Shown here one piece after another: positions 18,023 through 26,064 of a stretch of DNA of 32,342 bases (its first letter is position 1; the number at the start of each line of letters is the position of its first letter). The notes beneath the pieces were generated by a model. The model ran no database searches. It was not told where the DNA came from and worked only from the letters and a program-made list of their open reading frames with translations. Position numbers and translations under genes: made by a program. This DNA comes from Cyanophyceae cyanobacterium. GTDB lineage: Bacteria > Cyanobacteriota > Cyanobacteriia > Cyanobacteriales > JBHJGN01. The stretch lies in contig JBHJGN010000097.1 in NCBI GenBank assembly GCA_050331735.1, positions 1 to 32,342 of the forward strand, in the 5' to 3' direction.

Positions 18023-18637
18023 CTACTGGCGCTGCACCGGAATTTGAATTTCGCTGCGCTTGAGGGGATCTGGAATATAGGGACCATCGTAGAAGAAGCG
18101 GCGTGGCGGACCAACAACGACATATTCTGGGTGCTGCTGTAGCCAGGTTTGCAGCCGCTTGAGGTTGTTTTGGTAGCTTTCGTAGCTGTATTCTCCCCTC
18201 AGACCCAGGCTCACAACCGTCATCGGGGCGATATCTTCGACTTCGATGTTTTGATCGACTTCTTGAGGAGCAATGGTGGTGTTGCGGTAGAGAAAGGATA
18301 CCTCCACCTCGCCGCGTTCCTCAGCAGATTCAGCAGAAGACGCTTCTAGAGTACTGGTGGGATAGCGAGTCTCCACAGGAGCCGTCATCGAAATATCGTT
18401 CGTGCTGATGTGCTGATAGAGAGGACCAAAGCTGGCATTAGCGGCTTGAGAGAGAAACCCGGAATAGCGATAGGTAGCAGCACGATAGGCAGGATAGTCT
18501 TTGACCGCAATTTGTCCCTCTGGGGTTGGGGGCGGAAAACCTTCAGGCAAAGGAGCAGAAGCCGCGCTATAGGCGCCGATAGCGATAACGCCTAGAGCAA
18601 TAATGCCGAGGGGGACAAGGATGTTTTGTAATTTCAT
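18023..18637 (-). CDS. SOUL heme-binding family protein
   Basis: N-terminal signal/TM segment, APLPEGFPPPT, VKDYPAYRAA, FGPLYQHI...ISMTAPVE, YDGPYIP...RSEIQIPV. ATG at 18637. Confidence 0.8.
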   Translation of the reverse strand: MKLQNILVPLGIIALGVIAIGAYSAASAPLPEGFPPPTPEGQIAVKDYPAYRAATYRYSGFLSQAANASFGPLYQHISTNDISMTAPVETRYPTSTLEASSAESAEERGEVEVSFLYRNTTIAPQEVDQNIEVEDIAPMTVVSLGLRGEYSYESYQNNLKRLQTWLQQHPEYVVVGPPRRFFYDGPYIPDPLKRSEIQIPVQRQ

Positions 18638-18706
18638 CAAATCTATTTTGGCTCTCTATCTCTATATTGCCGCGAGCGATCGCCCTCTACAACCCTGCCT
18701 AGAAGA

Positions 18707-19795
18707 CTAAATCTCGTCCCAGCCGTCCACCCCAGAGGACATGACGTAGCTGGTCACCGTTGCTTCAAAGAAATTGGCTTTGGTATGAGCGGACTTTTTG
18801 GTATCGGAAAAGCGCTCTAAATGTTTGTAAGGACTCTTCTGATACTTTTCTTCCGGGTACAGAGGCGCTAACCCGATAGAGCGCAGCCTCATGTTTGCTA
18901 GATATTTCGTATACTGCTCGGTGCTGGATTCGGTAATGCCCAGAATGTTGCTCCCGACAATATGATTCGTCCAGCGACACTCATGCTGCACAGCCGTATC
19001 AAACATTTCGTAAATCTGCTCAACCGAGTGGGGAAATAGCTTGGTGGCTTCAGGAATCAGCTTTTGATACAGCCGGACATGGCTCAGTTCGTCTCGGTTG
19101 ATCATTTTAAAGATATCTGCTGAACCGGGCATCAGCATTCGGGAGGCTAGATTGTAGAAGTAGATAAAGCCGTTATAGAAGTAAAGCCCTTCTAGTAAAT
19201 AATCCGCCAGTAGAGACACAAAATAGTTCTCCGTCGTGGGAGTGTCTACGTACTTCTGGTAAATCTTGGCAATAAACTCGCAGCGGTCTGCCAGCACACG
19301 GTCAGTCCGCCAAAATTCATAGACAGCGCTGCGGCTATCTTTTGGAATAATGGTTTCGATAATGTACTGATAGCTCTGGTTGTGCATCCCCTCTTGGGAA
19401 ATCTGCTCTGCCATGCACAGGCTCACCTCCGGCGCGGTGACGCTGCTCTTGAGGTGGGGAATATTGCAAGTTTGTACAGAGTCCAGGAACGTCAAATAAG
19501 AAAGAATGCCGTTGTAGGCATACCGCTCTTCTGACGTTAAGTTCCAGTAGTCAGTGACATCTTGGGTGACGTCCAGCTTCTGCGGAATCCAGAAGTTTTC
19601 CCGCATTTGCTGATACAGCCCGACTGCCCAAGGGTAGCGCACATCGTTGAGCTGCATCAGATTAGTCGTATTGCCAAACCAGATAGAGCGGTTTGAGGGC
19701 ACATCGTCCCCATCAGGATTAAAGATGGGGTTGACGGGCATCGGGGAGAAATTTGCAGGACGGAATGGGGAATTTGGAATGGTACTGAGCATCAT
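18707..19795 (-). CDS. nrdB: class I ribonucleotide reductase small (beta) subunit
   Basis: NFWIP, ligands FLDSVQ, QEGMHNQSY (radical Tyr present), LEGLYFYNGF, INRDELSH, C-terminal NFFEATVTSY. Confidence 0.93.
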   Translation of the reverse strand: MMLSTIPNSPFRPANFSPMPVNPIFNPDGDDVPSNRSIWFGNTTNLMQLNDVRYPWAVGLYQQMRENFWIPQKLDVTQDVTDYWNLTSEERYAYNGILSYLTFLDSVQTCNIPHLKSSVTAPEVSLCMAEQISQEGMHNQSYQYIIETIIPKDSRSAVYEFWRTDRVLADRCEFIAKIYQKYVDTPTTENYFVSLLADYLLEGLYFYNGFIYFYNLASRMLMPGSADIFKMINRDELSHVRLYQKLIPEATKLFPHSVEQIYEMFDTAVQHECRWTNHIVGSNILGITESSTEQYTKYLANMRLRSIGLAPLYPEEKYQKSPYKHLERFSDTKKSAHTKANFFEATVTSYVMSSGVDGWDEI

Positions 19796-19807
19796 TGGTG
19801 ACTAGAT

Positions 19808-22108
19808 TTAGTTAGCGCAGGCGGAGCAGTCGTTGTCGTTGTCTTTAAAAGTGTCTTTCTGGACAGTGCGGATGTAATAAATGGCTTTGCATCCTTGTTG
19901 CCAAGCGAGAATCAGCGTGTCAAAAATATCTTTGGCCTTCAGGGACCGTTCGGGGTCTTCGGGAAAATAAACGCCCTGATTGAGGTTGAAAATTAGCTCC
20001 ATCGAGATGCCGGTATCGATCCACTGCTGCATCGTAGCGACGGCTTTGACTACCTTTTCTTGCAGCAGAGTTTTGTTTTCTTGATAGAACCACAGTCCCT
20101 CATTGATAAATGGCGGGGCGATAGGAACGGTTCCTTTGGCCCACTTATCGTAGAAGAAGCGACTATAAACGGGGAGAATACTCGCAGTACAGCCCTGCAC
20201 GAGGGAACTGGAGGTGTTAGGTGCGATCGCACTAATATGGGAGTTGCGAATGCCGAATTGCTGAATATCTTCTGAGAGCGTCTGCCAGCGTTCTTTGCGG
20301 TGAGCATGTTCTAAAAACCACGCCAGCGGCTTAGCGCCAATCAAGTGTCCTTTGCTCCACTCGCTACCCGGGAAAGCCGGATACGGTGATCGCTCTTTGG
20401 CTAGCTCCACTGAAGCGGCGGTGCAGTGATAGCCAATTTCCTCAAACAAAAAGCTAATTTCGCTCAGGCAGTCGTAGGTCAGCCGTCGCTTCGCTAGCCA
20501 ATCGGCTAACCCCATACACCCGACTCCGATTGTCCGATATTTCTGGTTGTGGGTGCGGGAAGCGGCAAAGGGCGGATGGGTAATTTCGATAGTGTTGTCA
20601 AGGATACGGACTGCTAGACGACAGACGTGAGCGAGTTCGCTGTCGTCGTCGGTGAGGGGCTGATTCAAATTAGCAAGATTCAACGACAGTAAATTGCAGC
20701 AGTGGGCCTCTTCTCCCGGCTTGACGTTAGACCAAGACTCCTGACACAAATTCCCGCCGGGAATATACCCTTCGTGCTGGTTTGGGTTAGCCCGGTTAGC
20801 GGTATCTTTAAACCACAGATAGGGCATTCCGGTTTCTACCTGACTGCGCATAATCGCTTTAAACAGATCGCGGGCACTGACTCGTTTAATAAGCTGAAAC
20901 TTGCCCGCTGCTGCCTCTTCCTCCACCGAGCGATAGGCCCGTTCAAACTCCTCACCCCACAGTTCAGCTAACTCGATCCCTAACGTGGTACGAACTTCAT
21001 ACGGGTCAACCAAGAGCCATTCCTCCTCATTGGCCACTCGCCGCATAAATTCATCCGGGATAACGAGCTGCGGAAAAATATCGTAGGCTTTGCGCCGCTG
21101 GTCGCCGTGTTCAGTCTGCATCTCTAAAAATTCGCTAACGTCGAGATGCCAAATGTCTAAACTCACGGTGACAGCCCCCGCGCGGCGTCCTCCCTGGTTC
21201 ACGGCAATAGCTGTATCGTTGAGCAGCTTAATCCAGGGAATCACGCCGCCGGAGGTGTTTTTCTTGCCCATCACCCAGCTTCCGGTCGCCCGGATGCGGC
21301 TAACGTTGACGCCCACGCCCCCGCCGTTTTTAGAGATTCTGGCGGTGTTGGTGATTTCGGCAAAAATGCTTTCGAGATCGTCGGACATGGCGGTGATAAA
21401 ACAGCTTGTCAGCGAACCTTCCGGCGTTCTTAAATTGGCCAGAATTGGAGTGGCCAGGGAAATTTGGCGGCGGGCGATCACCTCATAAAATTGCTTGGCC
21501 CACCGCAATCGCTGTTCTGGGACTTCTACAGAGGCAAGGAGTAGAGCACAGGTAAGCAATGCTTCCTGTGGGAGTTCATCGCTCAGTAAGTAACGACTGG
21601 TGAGCAGTACCGCTCCAGCGTAGTCGTAATCTGTATCCCATTCAGGATTGATCCAGGAACCAGCCTCCCGGAGTTCTGACTCCGAGTAAACTAAAATGTT
21701 GCGTTCGTACTGGTTCGCCTCAACCTTGGTGTGTACTGTCCTGGCGTAGTCGTCATACTGGTACCCACGGGCAACCAGGGTATCTTTCCAAAGGCTCCAA
21801 ATGTGTAGTCTGCCAGCTACATAGCGCCAGTCAGGTTCAGACGGACTGCACAACTCTAAAGCACAATTAATTAGGTTGTCCTGAATTTCCCGAGTCGTGA
21901 CTCCATTTCTTAAACGAGTAGTTAGTCCAGCTTCTAACGTGATCGGATTAACGTCTTTACCTGCGCAGGCCCAATCAACCACGCGGCGAATTTTAGTAAC
22001 ATCTAGAGCTGTTGGAGACCCATCTCTGCGAATCACCTGAATGTGATTAGACATGGAGACGGCTTTAGACTGGGAGCGAGAATTAGCTAACGACTTAATT
22101 TGAGGCAC
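19808..22108 (-). CDS. nrdA: class I ribonucleotide reductase large (alpha) subunit with N-terminal ATP cone
   Basis: VIRRDG ATP cone, ATPILAN, TSCF, VNQGGRRAGA, GNLCQE, IAPNTSSS, KAIYYIR, C-terminal CSAC. Start is GTG 22108 or ATG 22054. Confidence 0.95.
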   Translation of the reverse strand: MPQIKSLANSRSQSKAVSMSNHIQVIRRDGSPTALDVTKIRRVVDWACAGKDVNPITLEAGLTTRLRNGVTTREIQDNLINCALELCSPSEPDWRYVAGRLHIWSLWKDTLVARGYQYDDYARTVHTKVEANQYERNILVYSESELREAGSWINPEWDTDYDYAGAVLLTSRYLLSDELPQEALLTCALLLASVEVPEQRLRWAKQFYEVIARRQISLATPILANLRTPEGSLTSCFITAMSDDLESIFAEITNTARISKNGGGVGVNVSRIRATGSWVMGKKNTSGGVIPWIKLLNDTAIAVNQGGRRAGAVTVSLDIWHLDVSEFLEMQTEHGDQRRKAYDIFPQLVIPDEFMRRVANEEEWLLVDPYEVRTTLGIELAELWGEEFERAYRSVEEEAAAGKFQLIKRVSARDLFKAIMRSQVETGMPYLWFKDTANRANPNQHEGYIPGGNLCQESWSNVKPGEEAHCCNLLSLNLANLNQPLTDDDSELAHVCRLAVRILDNTIEITHPPFAASRTHNQKYRTIGVGCMGLADWLAKRRLTYDCLSEISFLFEEIGYHCTAASVELAKERSPYPAFPGSEWSKGHLIGAKPLAWFLEHAHRKERWQTLSEDIQQFGIRNSHISAIAPNTSSSLVQGCTASILPVYSRFFYDKWAKGTVPIAPPFINEGLWFYQENKTLLQEKVVKAVATMQQWIDTGISMELIFNLNQGVYFPEDPERSLKAKDIFDTLILAWQQGCKAIYYIRTVQKDTFKDNDNDCSACAN

Positions 22109-22130
22109 AGTTTTTCTTGTCGTTGACGAT

Positions 22131-22146
22131 CTACTAGATATAGCGT
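22131..22146. promoter_or_regulatory. NrdR box
   Basis: CTACTAGATATAGCGT fits acaCwAtATaTwGtgt at the core positions; it lies 22 bp upstream of nrdA. A half-site ACACTAT starts 32 bp away at 22163. Confidence 0.7.
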
Positions 22147-22148
22147 TG

Positions 22149-22205
22149 ATTATAGTGCATAAACACTATGGCGAAAAGTATAACGACATAGCTAGCAAAA
22201 GTCAT
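22149..22205 (-). promoter_or_regulatory. two candidate sigma70-type promoters for nrdA
   Basis: On the minus strand: TATAAT (22154-22149); and ATGACT (22205-22200)-17 bp-TATACT (22182-22177). Confidence 0.5.
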
Positions 22206-22219
22206 GGTACATTAGTACT
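22206..22219. promoter_or_regulatory. cyanobacterial LexA box
   Basis: GGTACATTAGTACT matches RGTAC-NNN-DGTWCB on both strands; it lies upstream of nrdA. Confidence 0.65.
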
Positions 22220-22240
22220 ATTTTAACTGAATTTGCCTGG

Positions 22241-22500
22241 GGCCATCGCTCCGCGATGGAAAAAGCAGCTTTGCTGCGGGAAAAAGGGAAACTGTCGCTT
22301 CGCGATGGGGAAGGGGAAAACGGCCCCTCCGGGATGGATAGAGAAGCTCACTTCTGTAGAACTTCCGGGTGCTGCGTTTAGCAAGCTGATTTATTCTCCC
22401 TTTACCCTTTCCCCCTTCCCCTTTTCCCGTTGCGCAGCAACTGTCCCCCTTCCCCTTTTCCCCGCGCCGCAGGCGCTTCCCTTTCCCCGTCCCCAAGGAA
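22241..22500. repeat. inverted purine/pyrimidine short-repeat mosaic with embedded triloop mini-hairpins
   Basis: Left arm of GGG(G)AAA-type tracts (22258-22320), right arm of TTTCCCC-type tracts (22396-22494), five short perfect-core hairpins, and an exact 19-nt direct repeat TCCCCCTTCCCCTTTTCCC at 22410 and 22444. Confidence 0.75.
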
Positions 22501-22656
22501 CTGCCGCGCTTTAAATTTCAGAAAAAATAAATTTGTGCTGCGTTTGCGCCCACACGATGGTATCTTTTTCAAGCAAGCGGACTCATCGCGTTCCCAGTCG
22601 TCATCAGAGCGCTCGTTGAGTCATTGTCTCGCAAATACCGAATTAGTGTTAAGTGG

Positions 22657-23556
22657 ATGAAACAGAGATCTTGGTTCAGTTCCTTTGCCCTACTTACCAT
22701 GTCCGCCGTTGCCTGTACAACCGCAAGGGTAACTTTGGCTCAAACCCAAACAGCTATCAATATTCCTCAAGAAGAAACCATTCAAATTCTCGTTCCTCCT
22801 CCAGAAACCAAAAATCAAGGAGTCTGTTCTGATTTTTTAGCACCAGTGATCGAGACGGTCATTCAGGATCCGGCTTACAAAGGCTCTAGCTGGGGAATTT
22901 TAGTAGAATCGCTAGCAGGCGAAACTTTATACCACTACAATGCCAATCGCCTGTTTATTCCGGCTTCCAACGTTAAGCTATTGACAACAGCAGCAGCTTT
23001 ACAAAAGCTGTCTCCTGATGCTCTGATTCACTCTAAATCTCTTCAAGAATGGATCACGATCACGAATTTAGAAAGTAACAACCGCTATGCGGACACGCTT
23101 CTGCGGTCGATTGGAGGGTCTAATGTCGTTAAGGAAACGCTAGCGCAACTCGGAGTCGATCCGGCTAGTTACCGGATGGCAGATGGATCGGGGTTATCCC
23201 GGCAGAATGCCGCCACCCCTGGGGCCATGGTGAGTATCTTAAGAGCGATGTACTCAGCTCCAGAAAGAGGGGTCTTTCTTGCCTCACTTCCCGTCGCTGG
23301 CATGAGCGGCACTTTAAAAAATCGGTTAAAACAGACTCCAGCTCAGGGAGTTGTCTATGCGAAAACCGGTACGCTCAGAGGTGTGAGAACATTGTCTGGT
23401 TATCTAAATCATCCACACTACAAAACGCTTGTTTTTAGCGTTATGGTCAACCAGCCAAATCGCTCCGGACAGTCTTTAGTAAAAGCGATCGATGAAATTG
23501 TTCTCCGGTTAAGCTTGCTGTCTCCCTGTGAACCAGAAAGTCTCCACAGAAGTTGA
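22657..23556 (+). CDS. dacB: D-alanyl-D-alanine carboxypeptidase/endopeptidase (peptidase S13), compact form
   Basis: Signal peptide, PASNVKLLT (SxxK), ESNNRYA (SxN), DGSGLSR, AKTGTL (KTG). ATG at 22657. Confidence 0.88.
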   Translation: MKQRSWFSSFALLTMSAVACTTARVTLAQTQTAINIPQEETIQILVPPPETKNQGVCSDFLAPVIETVIQDPAYKGSSWGILVESLAGETLYHYNANRLFIPASNVKLLTTAAALQKLSPDALIHSKSLQEWITITNLESNNRYADTLLRSIGGSNVVKETLAQLGVDPASYRMADGSGLSRQNAATPGAMVSILRAMYSAPERGVFLASLPVAGMSGTLKNRLKQTPAQGVVYAKTGTLRGVRTLSGYLNHPHYKTLVFSVMVNQPNRSGQSLVKAIDEIVLRLSLLSPCEPESLHRS

Positions 23557-23753
23557 TTTATCAAAAAATTTTAACGTTCGCTCAGGCTGCTAAATAGTTG
23601 GAGGGACAATTACTAGTCTCAAAAACTACTAATGCTCAGTCCATGAACTTTGTAGCCTCAATTTTCTTTCTCCTCCTTGGCACTGTTATATTTTGCTGGC
23701 TATTTACTGCCGAACTAGCGTTGGGGCCTGTGTGTCGCTCGGCTTTCTTTTTG

Positions 23754-23796
23754 GGAGACTTGCTACGCCATCGGATTGATGGCGTAGCAAGTCTCC
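23754..23796. repeat. perfect 19-bp inverted repeat with 5-nt loop
   Basis: GGAGACTTGCTACGCCATC-GGATT-GATGGCGTAGCAAGTCTCC. Confidence 0.9.
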
Positions 23797-23849
23797 ATTG
23801 CTTTCGTCCTCAGTCGTGAACCAGCTTTTAGCTAGGTAAAGCTTGAGAA

Positions 23850-23873
23850 GCTAAGAGCTGATCGCTAACAGCT
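23850..23873. repeat. short heptamer tandem repeat (STRR-like)
   Basis: GCTAAGA GCTGATC GCTAACA GCT. Confidence 0.45.
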
Positions 23874-23906
23874 TTCGACTAGCTGTGGCGGTCGAGCTTA
23901 TCGGAA

Positions 23907-23924
23907 AATGTAAATGAATGTAAC
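23907..23924 (-). promoter_or_regulatory. HLR1 element (RpaB-binding site)
   Basis: Reverse strand GTTACATT-CA-TTTACATT is an exact match to (G/T)TTACA(T/A)(T/A)-N2-(G/T)TTACA(T/A)(T/A). Confidence 0.7.
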
Positions 23925-23952
23925 AATAATGCCGTCATGCTGGCTAGCTGGC

Positions 23953-23981
23953 TTGACAGCTTCTGAGGAAACGGATAAATT
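23953..23981 (+). promoter_or_regulatory. sigma70-type promoter of the RHH-ycf46-DUF1257 operon
   Basis: TTGACA (23953-23958)-17 bp-TAAATT (23976-23981), 36 nt before ATG 24018. Confidence 0.65.
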
Positions 23982-24017
23982 ATTGTGGTATACCTGGGTA
24001 AACCGAATCAGAGTAGT

Positions 24018-24356
24018 ATGCAAGACAAGCAAAAAGTCACAGTATATTTACCTCCTGGTCTTCACCGCCAGCTCAAAATTAGAGCCGCGATAGATTTGGA
24101 ATCTATGTCTGTCCTGGTGGAAAAAGCGATCGCTTTTTATCTCAAGCATCCAGAGCAGGTCGAGCAAACTGAGGCTACCTACGGAAAAACTCATCAGATT
24201 CACGTTTGCCCAGAATGTGATGCAGCAATGGTAATGCGCGAGAACCAGATGGTTTCGCTTAAAAGCCAGGCGGCTCTTGTTGATGAGGAATTTCCGCTAG
24301 AGGTCAGTTCACCTCAGTCTAGTTCCCAAGGAGAGGAAGAGTTAGTTCCTTGCTAG
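24018..24356 (+). CDS. ribbon-helix-helix-like protein (Slr0373-like)
   Basis: MQDKQKVTVYLPPGLHRQLKIRAA...MSVLVEKAI has an RHH pattern, followed by HQIHVCPEC; first gene ahead of the Ycf46 ATPase. Confidence 0.7.
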   Translation: MQDKQKVTVYLPPGLHRQLKIRAAIDLESMSVLVEKAIAFYLKHPEQVEQTEATYGKTHQIHVCPECDAAMVMRENQMVSLKSQAALVDEEFPLEVSSPQSSSQGEEELVPC

Positions 24357-24416
24357 GGTGAACGAAGAAACGATGGCGAGGGATACGGTTACATCTCACT
24401 GATAGGTCGATGTGTT

Positions 24417-25928
24417 ATGCAAGAAGAGCTCAATATTCTCGTTCAAGCTCAATATCCCCTGATCTACCTCGTAACTCCAGAAGAAGAGCGAGCAGAGCAG
24501 GCAATCGCTAAAATAGCGCAGTCAAAGCCTCAGCATCGGCGAGTTTACGTTTGGACAGTAACCCACGGCATTGTGGAGTATGGTCAGCCGAGACAGCTAA
24601 CGCAGCACAATACGGTGTCTCCCGAAGCCGCCATCGAATGGGTCGTTCGCCAACGCGAACCGGGTATTTATATCTTCAAAGACTTGCACCCTTACTTAGA
24701 CTCTCCCGCCGTAACCCGGTGGTTGCGAGATGCGATCGCCAGCTTTAAGGGAACCGAAAAGGTGCTCATGCTGATGTCTCCGTTTCAGCAGGTGCCTATT
24801 GAGCTAGAGAAGGATGTTGTGGTTCTAGATTATCCACTTCCGAATTTGACAGAACTCAACCAGGTGCTCTCCCGCCAGCTAGAAAAAGCGAAGGCGCGGC
24901 GGACGACGACCGAGGTGCGCGAAAAGCTGCTCAAAGCCGCGCTTGGGTTGACGAAGGATGAAGCTGAAAAGGTCTATCGCAAGGCCTTCGTTAAGGCAGG
25001 TCGCCTCACTGAAGAAGAGGTGGAAATTATTCTTTCAGAAAAGAAGCAGCTCATTCGCCGCAACGGAATTCTAGAGTACATTGAGGAAGACAACACGCTA
25101 GCTTCTATTGGCGGCCTAGAGGAGCTGAAGCACTGGTTAAGGCAGCGCTCCAACGCCTTTACCGAAAGGGCGAGAGAGTACGGACTGCCCCAGCCAAAAG
25201 GAATGTTGATCTTAGGAGTTCCTGGCTGCGGCAAGTCCTTAATCGCTAAAACAACGTCTCGCCTCTGGGGATTACCCTTGCTGCGTCTGGATATGGGTCG
25301 GGTTTACGATGGCTCGATGGTAGGGCGTTCAGAAGCCAATCTCCGCAACGCGCTCAAAACCGCAGAGTCTATTTCTCCGGTGATTCTCTTCATCGACGAG
25401 CTCGACAAATCGTTTGCTGGCGGTGCTGGCTCAGCAGATTCAGACGGCGGCACGTCTGGCAGAATTTTCGGTTCCTTCCTCACCTGGATGCAGGAAAAGA
25501 CCTCTCCGGTCTTTGTCATGGCCACCGCTAACCGGGTAGAAAGATTGCCGGGAGAGTTTTTGCGAAAGGGGCGTTTTGACGAGATCTTTTTTGTTGATTT
25601 GCCGTCAACGGAAGAACGTCAGGATATTTTTAGAATTCACCTTAGTAAGCGGCGTTCTGATATTAGTCGTTTCGATATCGATCAGCTCGCTAAGGTATCC
25701 GATGGGTTTTCTGGGGCAGAAATTGAGCAGGCCATTATTGCTTCAATGTATGAAGCCTTTGCTCAGGAGCGGGAGTTTACGCAGCTTGATATTATCGCTG
25801 CCATCAAGGCTACCCTGCCGCTGTCCCGGACAATGACTGAGCAGGTCACGGCTCTGCGAGACTGGGCACGCCAGCGAGCTAGACCCGCCTCAGCCTCCGT
25901 TGCTGAGTACCAGCGACTGGAGTTCTAA
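24417..25928 (+). CDS. ycf46: Ycf46-family AAA+ ATPase (Slr0374-like)
   Basis: 503 aa; degenerate N-terminal domain (IFKDLH), Walker A GVPGCGKS, Walker B LFIDELDK, TANR..LPGEFLRKGRFDE. Confidence 0.88.
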   Translation: MQEELNILVQAQYPLIYLVTPEEERAEQAIAKIAQSKPQHRRVYVWTVTHGIVEYGQPRQLTQHNTVSPEAAIEWVVRQREPGIYIFKDLHPYLDSPAVTRWLRDAIASFKGTEKVLMLMSPFQQVPIELEKDVVVLDYPLPNLTELNQVLSRQLEKAKARRTTTEVREKLLKAALGLTKDEAEKVYRKAFVKAGRLTEEEVEIILSEKKQLIRRNGILEYIEEDNTLASIGGLEELKHWLRQRSNAFTERAREYGLPQPKGMLILGVPGCGKSLIAKTTSRLWGLPLLRLDMGRVYDGSMVGRSEANLRNALKTAESISPVILFIDELDKSFAGGAGSADSDGGTSGRIFGSFLTWMQEKTSPVFVMATANRVERLPGEFLRKGRFDEIFFVDLPSTEERQDIFRIHLSKRRSDISRFDIDQLAKVSDGFSGAEIEQAIIASMYEAFAQEREFTQLDIIAAIKATLPLSRTMTEQVTALRDWARQRARPASASVAEYQRLEF

Positions 25929-26064
25929 CAGGCTTTCTCCTACTTCAAGGTAGGAGCAAAGGCTAGCAGGAAACTGTTAGCAGCTCAACTAAAGCTGACC
26001 AGCTTAGGCGGCAGCGAAACCTAAAACGTTGTTGTTTACTTCTCTTCGACTGGAGGAAATCACT

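Noticed and set aside
19808..22108. Intein or intron in nrdA
   Set aside because: The ORF is continuous, of normal length (766 aa), and shows no splicing motifs.
22270..22450. Cobalamin riboswitch upstream of class I nrdA (AAAAGGGAA and GCAACTGT seen)
   Set aside because: The fragments are on the wrong strand for nrdA and the GGTG..AAxTCC core is missing; the repeat explains them.
22241..22500. CRISPR array
   Set aside because: No constant-length repeats with unique spacers, and no cas genes in the window.
22218..22660. ORFs 22218-22496(-), 22233-22514(+) and 22430-22660(+)
   Set aside because: They are translations of the G/C-tract repeat (GK- and PF-rich) with no protein-like features.
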